A stretch of DNA of 63,164 nt, counting the filler, from Licmophora abbreviata (lineage: Eukaryota): NCBI GenBank assembly GCA_900291995.1. It is 8 parts of 8 records of this genome, joined end to end, with 100 filler letters (N's around TTAATTAATTAA, not from the genome) between each part and the next. Parts side by side here need not be neighbours in the genome. Positions count along the whole stretch, not along the records: positions 34,981 to 54,855 come from OLMU01001479.1; positions 54,956 to 57,736 come from OLMU01001480.1; 6 more parts are not named here. The stretch is one strand, 5' to 3'. How positions within the stretch are numbered: position 1 is the first letter of the stretch; each line of letters opens with the position of its first letter. Shown here one piece after another: positions 44,801 to 56,028 of the stretch. Made by a program: the position numbers and the translations under genes. Below the pieces are notes generated by a model. The model saw nothing but the letters and a program-made list of their open reading frames with translations, searched no databases and was not told the DNA's origin.

Positions 44801-45862
44801 GATGGAAAACGGTGTGAGAGATCGTACTACACAACCAAGAACAAGTCGTACTGCGGTTCCGCGTGTTCATACTCACCGCGACTCGCTCCGCTAGATTTTC
44901 CTCCAATAGCTGTCGTTTACAACAGTCGCAAACTCTTTCTGGGACATTTGGATCGTATCCCAAATGGGGGAGCCGATGAGACCAAGCAGAGTCGGTGTGG
45001 CAATAGCTGTTGCCGCAAAAGCGACAGTGGTGTCGCAAGAGCGTCGGACCAAATGGCTTGTGACAAGCATGGCAAACATCCGCCTTTCGCCACTTAGGTC
45101 TAGGGTGTGGTTGCGGAACTAATGTTCTAGCCCGATCAAAGTCGTCATCCTCTTCGTCGTCTGGATGGGCATCCAAGTTTTCTTGCTCGTCGTCACCAGC
45201 AGAACGTTCTGTTCGAAAGGAAACAGTTCTCCATTCCTGGACGAGCTGGCGGTCGACCCAACTGAGACACGAGAATCGAGGTAGAGAGGTCGGGCTGCTG
45301 GAAGGTGACATGAGCATAGTTTCCGTGGTAAAATATCCGCCAGCGTTTTGACCTAAATCGGAATACCTCCGATACCAGCGACCACGAGCATAGGAAATTC
45401 GGGCAGTATGCAAGACACGACGAAGCGACGAGGAGAGCAACTCCTGCGCAGCCGCCGGAAGGACTTTGGAAGTGTACTCTTTCCAAGAAGGAGCTCCTCT
45501 GATAACCGGCATTGGAGTGGCTTTGAGTCCTTTATAGCCGCTGCAGCAGTGTGAATGTTCATAGGCGGGCGCGTGATGGCATCCACGATCGCAGCTGGCT
45601 TCGAAATCGAGTTTTCAGCTGCATGTGAGGATTCTGGGGAAGTCGCAGCCGTAGAGTGGGGATAAGAGAGCCTGTCACGTAGGTCTGGAAACGCGTAGGC
45701 TTCGGTTGCGGATTGTTCGTCTGTGATGACCTCTTCCGACGACTCGCCGAACCATTGTGTAGGGGGAGGCAGGAGCTGATCCTCGTCTTCTCCCTCGTCT
45801 GATGGCATGCTCAACAGGGACGAATCGAGACTATCCCCCGATACTATCACCATATCAGCCAT
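41852..45862 (-). CDS. FYVE - class 3 lipase - FYVE protein
   Basis: WRKADVCHAC...RHHCRFCG FYVE; GVRGT, TGHSLGGG, DVVPRL and DH lipase motifs; second FYVE KHNCRSCG..RVCDRC. Introns 44876-44792 and 42311-42231; frame discontinuity near 45612. Confidence 0.85.
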
Positions 45863-46140
45863 TGTCCTAGTAGTTCTGCCGCAAGAAGAACAGACGTGGG
45901 TCGTCCCTTATCGCAACAAGCTTGCTGACGCTCTCAACTATTTCTCATTCTTATTTTTCGCAAGAAGTAAGAACTGGCATCAGCATCATCACGAGGGGAG
46001 CGCGACTAGAGTGTGCAAGCGTTAGAATTGATCTACGTAGCGGAACTACGCAAGATCCCGTATGTAGGGTCCAGACACAACATACGTAGACAGACGACGG
46101 ACGGACAGATCATTCGACTTCTCTTTGAAGAGATGACAGG

Positions 46141-46175
46141 CAGATTTCAGATTTCAGATTTCAGATTTCAAGATT
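46141..46175 (+). repeat. (CAGATTT)x4 microsatellite in a divergent promoter
   Basis: Direct reading of the sequence. Confidence 0.9.
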
Positions 46176-46226
46176 GGAACAAAGAGGAGAACTGTTTCAT
46201 TCTTGCATGATAGTCACTGGTACACC

Positions 46227-47710
46227 ATGATTCGAAGCAGAGCCGTGATTCAAGCTTCGACACCTCCCTTGCGACGCCGCATGCTGTCCTCGAGCAGCAA
46301 TGCGCCTGCAGTCACTAGAAATAATCATGCCTTGGTGGATCTGGTCACATCGGCCGACATTCGGGGCGAAGAAAGTCAGACCGCCATTGTCACACTGAGA
46401 CCCGGCGAAACTCTACGAGCAGAAGCAGGATCCATGTTGTACATGACTCATGGTGTGCAGATGGAGACATCCAGTGATCTCTCTTCTGGAATGAAGCGCC
46501 TCCTGACTGGACAGAACCTCTTTGTCACTGACTTTCGATACCAAGGAGACCAAGAAAGCGGGGAGGTCGCTTTGGGCACTGCTTTTCCAAGCAAGATTCT
46601 TACTTTGCATCTGCCCGACTACCCAGACGAGTCGCTCATATGCCAGAAGGGTGCATACCTAGCAAGCGATTCGTCAATTGACATAGAAATGGCTTTTACC
46701 AAGAGCTTCACCTCGGGTTTCTTCGGGGGGGAAGGGTTTGTTCTACAAAAACTTCAGGGAAACGGGGATGTCTTGGTCAAAGCAGGAGGTACGTATCGTC
46801 CAAAGGTATTGGAATCTCCGCTTCAACGTTGGACTCACACCTCAGCGACTCCTGATCGTAGGTACTGTGGTTCGCAAAGAACTTGAAGAGGGACAGGTGC
46901 TGCGTGTGTCAAGTGGAAGCCTCGTTGCTATGACATCCACCATTGAATATGATGTACAAACGATGCCAGGCTTCAAAAACGTTGTCTTTGGAGGAGAGGG
47001 CTTGTTTGTGACTACTCTTCGGGGACCTGGAACCATCTGGCTGCAAGGAATGCCACCTGATCGCATGATAAGTGAGATTGCAAGACGAGTACCGCAAGGC
47101 AGTAAGTTTCATGTACCAGTTGCCTTGCTCGAGACGGGCCGACACAAATCGTACGATGACTACCTGGTATCTCACACACCTAAATCCTCTGTTTCCAAAA
47201 GTGGGGCTTGGAATTCCTATTGGACTCGGTGGTGGGGGAGGAGCCTCAGAGGAAGGATCAGAAGTTCTCGCTGGAGAGGAAGGTGGAGCCGACGAAATGG
47301 TGGCGGCAAGCGACGCCGCCGTCGAGGCCGATCGACAAGCGACCGTAGCGTCCTCAGGTTTGGCTTCAGCCGAGTCGACCGACGCGGACTCTCCAGGAGC
47401 TCTCTTTGGGGATGCAGCTGGAGCCAGTGAGAGTGTACCTCCTTTACACGACGAACCTTCTGACTCGTCATGGGCACAAGAGGAAGCGACGTTTGCTGAT
47501 GAACCCAAGTTTGACGAAGGCTTCGGGGAAGAATCATTCTCGACCGAGGATACTTCGTTCAGCGACGATGCAAGCGGCGCGTTTCAGGATGACACAACCT
47601 TTTCTGATTTTGACGACAGCTCACTCGGCGACGCAGCGGAATCTGCACAAGACTCAGTCGGCGGCATCGTCTCGACACTGTGGGACTTGTTCACCGGAGG
47701 CGACGACTAG
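46227..47710 (+). CDS. AIM24: AIM24/TIGR00266-family mitochondrial protein with acidic C-terminal extension
   Basis: LRPGETLRAEAGSM, FFGGEGFVLQKL and FGGEGLFVTTLRGPGTIWLQ; introns 46789-46861 and 47102-47201; mitochondrial-type presequence. Confidence 0.88.
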
Positions 47711-47776
47711 AGTCTCGACAAATGGCATGTGGTTTCAAAGTTTAATTTTCTAGCGTGGCGAATTAGGAAGTGTGCT

Positions 47777-48868
47777 TTAGACAATGACAAGGCGCTTATC
47801 ATCCCAGCCGTAGAGGGCTTTGTACCGTTCAAAGAGGTTCTGCATTTCCTTTAGCAGTACTCCATGGACTTGGTTGATTTGGTCAATGGTTGGCTCGTCA
47901 CACCTCATATGACTCGTGGGGATTGACTTACCCATAATGCCGAGCACCGGGATGCGATAAGGAATTGGAAGCCCAAAACGGCCGTAGATAAAAATGGTAG
48001 CGAACCCTAGCTTGCGGGAGAGCCTTTCGAGAAGAGACTGTCCGCCAAAAGGAAGACCCTCCCCAGCCCAACACCCCAATAGCTTTGTGTTGCCAAAGAC
48101 ATAGCACGGGACAAGATCTGCTCCTGTACGGATAGCCAGTTTGATCATACCCTTTCTTTCCTTGAGAATAATGCATTCATCATCGTTGTTTGTATGAAAG
48201 ACTTCGGCCACTCCCCCGGTGGATATCCCGACTGTATGACCCCCTTGCAGCAGCTTGCTGGCGACTGCGCGAGAGGCGTCGACCACACCAATACTCCTCA
48301 AGATTTGTTTGAAGATCGGCGGCCGCAGAGCCGCGGAGCTTGCAAGTGCTCGCATGGTATATCCTACCACTTTCGGGAAGCCTATAATGCTTAGAATGTT
48401 TCCGAAAGGAAACACACCATGGGGCGGAGCAACGAGTATGCGAGCACGCTCTTCTTCGAAAGAGTCCTCCATGATGAGGCGAAAACTAAAGTATTTGATG
48501 ACCTGCGTTGCCATCCAAGAGTTCAAAGAGCTGGGAACGAAGGGTTGCGGGAGTATGATTAGAGGCAACAGAAGCGCCCCAAACACTAGAAAGGTGCCTT
48601 GGACGTTCCCCACTGCAAATCGACCCACAAGAAAGACGAGAGGGGGAATGGTGAAGATCCCATTTGGGACGCCTAGAGCCAAAAAGACCAAACAAGCCAG
48701 ATGATTCCAGAGCGTCAAGGGCTCAATCTTTCGAGTATCGTGGACAGAAATAGAAGAAAGTGGCTTTCTTGCCTCGCGTCTCAGCTTGGGGCTTCCCGTC
48801 GCAAGCTTTGTCATCTCAGATTGACTCAGCGCGCAAAAGTCAATAAACTCCGCTTTTACCGTAGACAT
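47777..48868 (-). CDS. DGAT2: Diacylglycerol acyltransferase type 2 family
   Basis: PPHGVFP (HPHG-like), GGVAE and RKGMIKLAIRTGADLVPCYVFG motifs. Confidence 0.9.
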   Translation of the reverse strand: MSTVKAEFIDFCALSQSEMTKLATGSPKLRREARKPLSSISVHDTRKIEPLTLWNHLACLVFLALGVPNGIFTIPPLVFLVGRFAVGNVQGTFLVFGALLLPLIILPQPFVPSSLNSWMATQVIKYFSFRLIMEDSFEEERARILVAPPHGVFPFGNILSIIGFPKVVGYTMRALASSAALRPPIFKQILRSIGVVDASRAVASKLLQGGHTVGISTGGVAEVFHTNNDDECIILKERKGMIKLAIRTGADLVPCYVFGNTKLLGCWAGEGLPFGGQSLLERLSRKLGFATIFIYGRFGLPIPYRIPVLGIMGKSIPTSHMRCDEPTIDQINQVHGVLLKEMQNLFERYKALYGWDDKRLVIV

Positions 48869-49224
48869 CGTGGTAAGGCGAATTATTTACGTACAGATCA
48901 ATCTGCTTTCAGTAGAGTCTCGAGGAAAGAGGATGTTTGGTCGCTACAGTATCAATCTTTGCCGGCTGATGATGGCCATCGTCGAAAGGATCACATGTAA
49001 TTTATTAATGTGTTTGTCGCACGACACCGCGCACTGTTTCAGGTTGATGTCTCTGATGGCCGACGACAAACAGACGTGTCGTGCGTGTTGAAGTTGAACG
49101 TCAACGAACGACATGCACATTCAACATCGTCTGTGATTCTATGATGTGTTGCCTGTCGTGTTGTTGAGCGTGACAATAATCATAATGTTTGCCGACAGTC
49201 GTCCACATTATAACTCAAACAACG

Positions 49225-50306
49225 ATGGAGGCCTTCAGCTTCTCCGCACCGCGTTTCACCGATGAGGACGAGGAAAGGGAACGAGCAGAGATGACGGAAA
49301 CAGAGAAAGAGGAAGTACAGAACGATTTCTATGGAACCAACGTGCTCAAAGAAGAAACGGAACAGTTGCGACAGGACTGCCTGGCCCAAATGGAGACAAT
49401 CCTACGAGATTCCGTGCCCGATTCCGACAAGGCGGCATACTTGCAGGCCTGTCGCACGTGTCCAAATCTAGTTCAGACGGAAGCAGCTCCAATTCGCTTC
49501 TTGCGCAGTGAAAACTACGATCCAGAGGTGCGTCTCTTTCCAGGTGTTGTCGGACGATGGATCGCTGGAGTACTGTAGGTCGCCTCACCATGATCCCAAA
49601 TATGCTTTTGTTGTTGCAGCGTTCCGCCCATCGACTGGTCAAGTACTGGGATGCACGCCGAAATATATTCAAAGACAATGCATTCCTGCCCATGAAGTTG
49701 ACGGAAGGAGGAGCGCTCACAGACGACGACGAGAGAGCTCTGACGTGGGGTCACACCACGATTCTCCCTGACGATCGTCATGGGCGCGTTGTTCTTTGCC
49801 ATGACCGGAGCTGCTTTCACCTCAAAGAAATGAGCCATCCTAGCGTGATTCGATCCGTTTGGTATTTGGTACATGTGGCAATGGAGGGGGAGGAGGAGCA
49901 TTGTCGGAAAGGGCTAGTTGTGGTCGTTCCCTCGCACAATACAACACCTCATCACTTTTCCAGAAAGCATATCAAACTCATGTGGTACTCATTTCGGGAG
50001 TGCTTTCCGATAAAGACGCGCGCCATTCACGCTTGCCACCCGACCCTTGTGACAGATCTAGTGTTTCCTGTGATCAAATACGTCATGGGCCGACCATTGC
50101 GACGTCGGTGGATCCGGCACTGCGGGTCGAAGGAGGAAGTGCTCAAGAATCTGATCGAATACGGACTAGAACGTGAGAATCTTCCGCAGGTGCTGGGCGG
50201 CTCCTGGGAGAAGAACCCAGTGTGGATGGAAGAAAGGAGGGAACTGGAACGGCGACTCGAAGCACAACAGACAGCTACTGCTGGTGCCTCTGCCATGGAG
50301 CACTAA
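49225..50306 (+). CDS. CRAL-TRIO (Sec14-like) domain protein
   Basis: Intron 49528-49619; RFLRSENYDPE|RSAHRLVKYW, DRHGRVV, FPIKTRAIH and LPQVLGG, typical of diatom CRAL-TRIO proteins. Confidence 0.85.
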
Positions 50307-50994
50307 TAATAAAACAGAGTCACAGATGCGAGTGCTATTGCAACTCAACTCTTCTGTCACACAATGGGGACCTGGCTATTCACCTTGTGTAGCTTTGATC
50401 GAGAGAGACAGTGAAGTACGAGTACCGGCACCGGTATGCGACAACCTAAAAACCAAAAACCAGCAAAAGATGACACGAGCCTCGAGCTCCACTATTGTTT
50501 CGTTCCAGATTCTGTATCGAAAAACGTATCGCAAGCCAGGCAACGGACAGCAATCACGTAGACTGAGTATTGCATCCTACGAGGACTCAACGGATGCTTG
50601 CTCGCTCCCTCACAAAATGGTCCACACACACTCAAAAGAAAACGGCCTGGCACCATCACAGTCACGACCGGCGGAGAGTGGACTACAGGTATCACGTTTT
50701 GGTGTGTACAGTCACTGTAGGTCTAGTCTGCTCGTATTCGGAAACGGAGCGTTCTGGTACGCTTGGCAAGAAAACGAGTAGCAAACGTCGCCTGGACACG
50801 GTTCATAGAGGAGTCTAACGGATGCGAACACCGGGAACCGGGAACGCCAATCACGCAACGAGACATCATGTGCTTTGCGAAACTCGATACCCGTGGGAAC
50901 TCATCCACTCCCACCCGTCTCTTTTTTGATTCTACAGATTGTTGATCTCTCCTACACTGCCTGTCAGCGAGAAGCATAGCCTTCATAATAATAA

Positions 50995-52503
50995 ATGCCC
51001 GCCGGAGGAACGCGGGACGATTACGGCGAGTACAGCCTTCCCAACGACATGGGAATCCATTCGCTCGAAGATTACGACGCCGTCGACCCTGACATGGAGC
51101 CCAAGGAGACTCTAGCTAGCAGCTCAGATGGCGAAGACGAAACCTTCGCGGACAGCTCACCACATGACTCTCCGACGAGGTCAACACCCCCTGAGCATTA
51201 TTCGATAGGCGAGCTCGTTTCCAAGCTGGGGAGCGACGTGGACAACCTGCATCCTGCTCTCGAACGCCGTATTCGGGATTTCCGCTTCGCACAGCGGAAA
51301 CGTAGAGAGACCTATGGAGGTGAGCGGCCTTGGGGTATTCTCGGCCTCTATGACCATCTAGCTAGCATCCGAATCGATCTCGAGTGGGCAGAGGACGCAG
51401 CTTGGCGTCGACAGCACGACGAGCCCTATTTGAGCTGGAGAGACTATGAAAAAGAGCGTCGGAAGGGACACAACCGCCCCTTCTTCACCTACCTAGTGCT
51501 TGGTGTTTGTACGATTATGCTGATTACAAGCCTTGCCGTGAACAACGGCATTGAACCTCTCAGCGTGAATCCGATGATTGGACCGTCGGCCCAGACTCTT
51601 CTAGACCTGGGCGCCAAGCAGTCGCACCTCATTGTCGTTGAAGGCCAGTGGTATAGAATTGTCAGCCCCATGGTACTTCATGCTGGAGTCGTTCACTACC
51701 TGCTCAACATGCTAGCGCTATGGTTCATTGGAGGCGCTGTGGAACAGAGCCATGGGTTTGTCAATGCTGCCATCATCTTCGTGATCTCTGCTATTGGCGG
51801 AACCATTCTGAGTGCGGTCTTTTTACCACAATACATTTCGGTCGGAGCATCAGGAGGAATCTTTGGACTGATCGGAGCTTGTATCGCGGATATCTGCCTC
51901 AATTGGAACCTCCTCTTTCTTGACGAGGAGCAGCGACTTCGACATGCCATGGTCCTCGTCTGGCTTCTCTTTGATATTTTGATCAATTGCTTGATTGGGT
52001 TGACGCCGTTTGTTGATAATTTCACTCATGTGGGAGGGATGATTTATGGATTCTTGTGCGGACTTTCCACGATTGAGCGTCTACCCGCGAAGAACTTCTT
52101 TGGACTGAAGACGGGAAATTGTGGTCGGGTGACTAGCAGCCTTGCACGGTTCGGGGGTCTCATTCTCAGTGTCGTCCTCATTATGATTTCCATAGCTGTG
52201 CTTGTGAACAGCGACGGTACCACAAGCCCATGTCATGGCTGTCGCTATGTATCCTGCGTACCCTTTCCTCCCGGGAACCCATGGTGGCATTGCGACGACT
52301 GCGATGTCAATGTCGAGGCAAATGCTCTCCAAGAGGATCCTTCAAACCCACAGCTCTTTACTGCCCTTGAGCTCACTTGTCCAAATGGAGAGATCGAGTA
52401 CATTCCACTTCCGGAAGACGATCTAACAGCTGATCCGAACGATATTCGCGGCCGACTTCCAGGATACTGTCGCTCTAACTGCGAAAGTGTCTTCAGTACG
52501 TGA
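50995..52503 (+). CDS. Rhomboid intramembrane serine protease
   Basis: NPMIGPS, WYRIVSPMVLHAGVVH, VGASGGIFG and DNFTHVGG (Ser/His dyad intact); Cys-rich C-terminus. Confidence 0.93.
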   Translation: MPAGGTRDDYGEYSLPNDMGIHSLEDYDAVDPDMEPKETLASSSDGEDETFADSSPHDSPTRSTPPEHYSIGELVSKLGSDVDNLHPALERRIRDFRFAQRKRRETYGGERPWGILGLYDHLASIRIDLEWAEDAAWRRQHDEPYLSWRDYEKERRKGHNRPFFTYLVLGVCTIMLITSLAVNNGIEPLSVNPMIGPSAQTLLDLGAKQSHLIVVEGQWYRIVSPMVLHAGVVHYLLNMLALWFIGGAVEQSHGFVNAAIIFVISAIGGTILSAVFLPQYISVGASGGIFGLIGACIADICLNWNLLFLDEEQRLRHAMVLVWLLFDILINCLIGLTPFVDNFTHVGGMIYGFLCGLSTIERLPAKNFFGLKTGNCGRVTSSLARFGGLILSVVLIMISIAVLVNSDGTTSPCHGCRYVSCVPFPPGNPWWHCDDCDVNVEANALQEDPSNPQLFTALELTCPNGEIEYIPLPEDDLTADPNDIRGRLPGYCRSNCESVFST

Positions 52504-52576
52504 CGATGTTCGAATACAACATGTAATAAGATGCACTGCGTGATGTCAACTGGTTCCTCTTTCATTTTGTGACCCA

Positions 52577-54762
52577 CTAGCTAGCGTCGTCGTCGACTTC
52601 GTCGTCGTCCCAACCGTCCATATCATCCATTTTGGCGGCCGCATCTGCCTGAAAGGCCGTCAAGCCTGACAGATCTTCCAGGTAGGAGCCACTTGTCGAC
52701 TGACAAACCTGATGCACAAATTCTACCTTGTTCTGTCGATAAGCCTCCAAAACAGCTGGAGCACACCCAGTGCAACAGGAAAAGGCAGGCACGGTAGGAG
52801 TCATCATGGTGTAGGATACCAACGAGCCTCTGATCTGGTGAGGCATAACCCCAAGAGCCGTGACAGTCTCTTCTCCTTCCGAATATGATACGGTAGGAGA
52901 GAAGGTGCTTGAAGTGGACCTCGGCGCGGGGGCCGCCTGCCTCATAGGATGGTGCAACAAAGCAATCATCAGCTCTACCACCATGCTAGAAGCGATCGGC
53001 GACAAACCAGGCCTAGTCACGGTGCATTGCTGGTCCAGCGTGCGATTCTTCATGGAGTTTTCGGGGGCCACAACGTCGTTGCAGAAATAGCAACCTAGCC
53101 TATTCTCTCCAGAGGCTGCGCCATGTCTCATAACAAGCCAGCTGTCTAGACCCAATGCAGCATTCAAAAGTACCTTGCCATGGGCAGCCGCCATGACTGT
53201 CGGGAGCCACCGGGACTCACGTGTGTCCGTCAGAAGAAAAACGACATCACATTCTTTCACTAGCGTGTCTAGAGCGGGTACCGTTTCATTCAGCGACTCG
53301 AGAGTTTCGGCATGCCCGGGCATGGGAATCGACAAGACAATCCCCTCACTCTCGACGTCAGCAGCAATGGTCCGAAGGGCTTCTGCAGCCGCAACTGCCT
53401 TTGGTCGCCCACCCCCCGCTTTATCCTTTTCCGCATCCTTACAATCCTGCAAAGTAAACAAAGACTGTCGCACCGGGTTGGAGTAGCTGACTTGGCCGTA
53501 GTCGACAAGCTTGATATGTCTGATACCCCATCCCAGCAGAACTCTCGCGACACTGCATCCCAACGTTCCTGCCCCGATCAACAGCACCTTCAAGTCCTGC
53601 AGGGTATCCAGCTGGAGCTCGGGAAGCATTCGCCTACAGGCGGTTAGTCAAGGTATCAATGGAGATAGTTAGCAAGGCAACAAAAATCATGGAAGTAATC
53701 GTAATTGCAGGTCCGACTGTCAGGTACTCACCACTTCATTAGCTTCAGATTCAAGTCAGCAGCCTGAATAGCCAAATGACGCGAGTCTAGAAGGGGACGC
53801 AGATGAACCCAGCGAGGGCCTGGCTTGGATCGCGCATTCAACTCCCAACCCACAGCCTTGTAAGTCTTTTCGTTGTCCCATTCGTACTCCTGGGCAAGAG
53901 GAACCTGAACGTGAAGGACAAGGCTGCGATCATCGATGACTTCCTCAGGTACATCGTGCGTCGCCGGCACTCTACGAAGTCTCCTCGGACGATAGCTCAA
54001 AATGCGGACAGTCGTGCCCTCCATTCCCAAGTGGAGTGACAAGTACGCTACCAGATTGCGCATCGGCCAGCCCATCGTACAACCACTAGCCGCATCGCTG
54101 ATGGAGGGATCGACGAATCCGAACAGAACGTCCTCCGTATTATCCAGTTGACTATGGGCACTCTGCGACAGTTCTTTCACACGACTTTCACTGTCCACCA
54201 GAAAGTACGGAGGACACGAATTTGAAACGACACGAAAGTCCCGGAGCTCCTTGACTAGTCTCTCTTGATTCACATTCTTCGCGCCGGCGAGAGACTCATG
54301 CCGGACAGCCTGTATTGAACTACCCGACCGAAGCATCATGGCTGGGACTGCAAACCAGTACAGCACTTTATGGTTCTTGAGATCGGCATAGGTCAAGAGC
54401 AGGAACGATGAATACACAGCATCTGTCGACCCCAAGAATTTGTGACAGAATACCTGCTGCAGCAAAGCGTTCTTGTCCTCCTTCTGGAAGGCCTCCAGCG
54501 TATTGTATCCAATCAAAGATCCCTTTAGCGCAACGCAATTGTTCGCAATGTTGGGAGACGTACCAAGCGAGGATTCCAACAATTGCAGGCGTGGTGTTCC
54601 GACAGTGTACGAAGCAGCAAGGTCGAGCGGAGCTTCTGAGAGCTGAATAGTATCGAGTTTCTCCTGGCAATATTTGACCCAGAACGACGAATCGACCGTC
54701 GACGAGAGGGGGACAAACTTGACGACCCATGGCGTCTCCTTCTCTTCGATAGCGGCAGACAT
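52577..54762 (-). CDS. ATG7: Autophagy E1-like enzyme ATG7
   Basis: DLNLKLMKW|RMLP across intron 53731-53634; GAGTLGC, VSYSNPVRQSLF, DTRESRWLP and TLDQQCTVTRPG. Confidence 0.96.
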
Positions 54763-55212
54763 GACCAAAGAAGAGAGCAACAGCGACAACGAAGTCTCAA
54801 CGGCGGGATGATTGAACGGTGAAAAAGAAAAAAGTGAAGACATCAGAATCTGGAANNNNNNNNNNNNNNNNNNNNNNNNNNNNNNNNNNNNNNNNNNNNT
54901 TAATTAATTAANNNNNNNNNNNNNNNNNNNNNNNNNNNNNNNNNNNNNNNNNNNNAAGTGAAGACATCAGAATCTGGAAATCCGTCTGTCTGCGACACGG
55001 AAAGGGGATCGTTTTCCGGAGCTCAGACCTCTAAGATTGTGGGCTATGAGCCAAAACTCTCGAGCAATGACAACCGCACAGCCCGAACTCACTTTGAAGT
55101 TGCTGGTCGGCGCGCTGCTCGTCAATCGTCAGCATTGACCATTGACCTCTTGCTGATGAAGCTTGCTCTCCGCACACCTGTTTCAGTACCTGCACTAGCC
55201 TAGCAACGAACC

Positions 55213-55761
55213 ATGACTTCCCACCCCGACACGAAGATCGACTGCTCCAAGGTCTACGTCAAGAGGTCTTCCTTCTCGAACGAGGAGACCGGAGACTTTG
55301 ACGGATCGTTCGCTGCCGTTGCCATCAAGGAAGGTGCGTCAATGCAGGAGCGCACAGTAGCAACTTGTCGTGTTTTTTGTTGTCCACAGTGGCCGGAGAC
55401 GTTCTCACCTGCGTGGCACCCTCTCTATTTCTCTTCCCACATAGGTGACCTCATTGAGAAGGGTGTCATGCGTCGCCTTCCGGAAGGATTCGACGGAAAC
55501 ACCTGTCCTTACATTTTCACTTGGAGCGAGAAGCGGCCCTGCACCACGTGGGGCATGGGATCCGGATGCGCCCCCTTTTACAATACATGCAAAGAGGGAA
55601 CTGCCAACACCCGAATGGTTCGCTACTTCGACGAGGATCGCTTCGAAATTTTTGCCACCCGGGATATTGCAGCAGATGAAGAGCTGCTTCACACTTACAT
55701 CTCGTTGAAATGGCGCGAGTGCTTCTCGGATCTCAACAAGATTGTACACGAAGAGAAGTAA
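55213..55761 (+). CDS. Small stand-alone SET-domain protein
   Basis: FAAVAIKEG|DLIE after removing the 111-nt intron 55334-55444; FATRDIAADEELLHTY SET C-terminal motif. Confidence 0.8.
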   Translation: MTSHPDTKIDCSKVYVKRSSFSNEETGDFDGSFAAVAIKEGASMQERTVATCRVFCCPQWPETFSPAWHPLYFSSHIGDLIEKGVMRRLPEGFDGNTCPYIFTWSEKRPCTTWGMGSGCAPFYNTCKEGTANTRMVRYFDEDRFEIFATRDIAADEELLHTYISLKWRECFSDLNKIVHEEK

Positions 55762-56028
55762 TTCGGGATTGAAGTCGAGGGAGCGCTCCCCAAGAGTCGT
55801 GTAAGCCATGTTGCGTACCTCGCCTTGGATCCCAGTTGTTGGCGAACGTGGCCATGTACGCTGGAAAGCGAGCTTGCCTGACCATGCTACAGCATAGATA
55901 GCAACGTGATGACAGGAGTAGATTTCCATTGGTAGGTTATTTTTTATAGGTGTAGTTAGTGAAAGAGCGTAATATCTGATGAAACTGAGTACATAAATGC
56001 CCACTGCAGTAATCCCCTCTTACAAGGC

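Noticed and set aside
54832..54979. 24-bp direct repeat flanking a gap
   Set aside because: Overlapping contig ends duplicated by scaffolding, not a target-site duplication.
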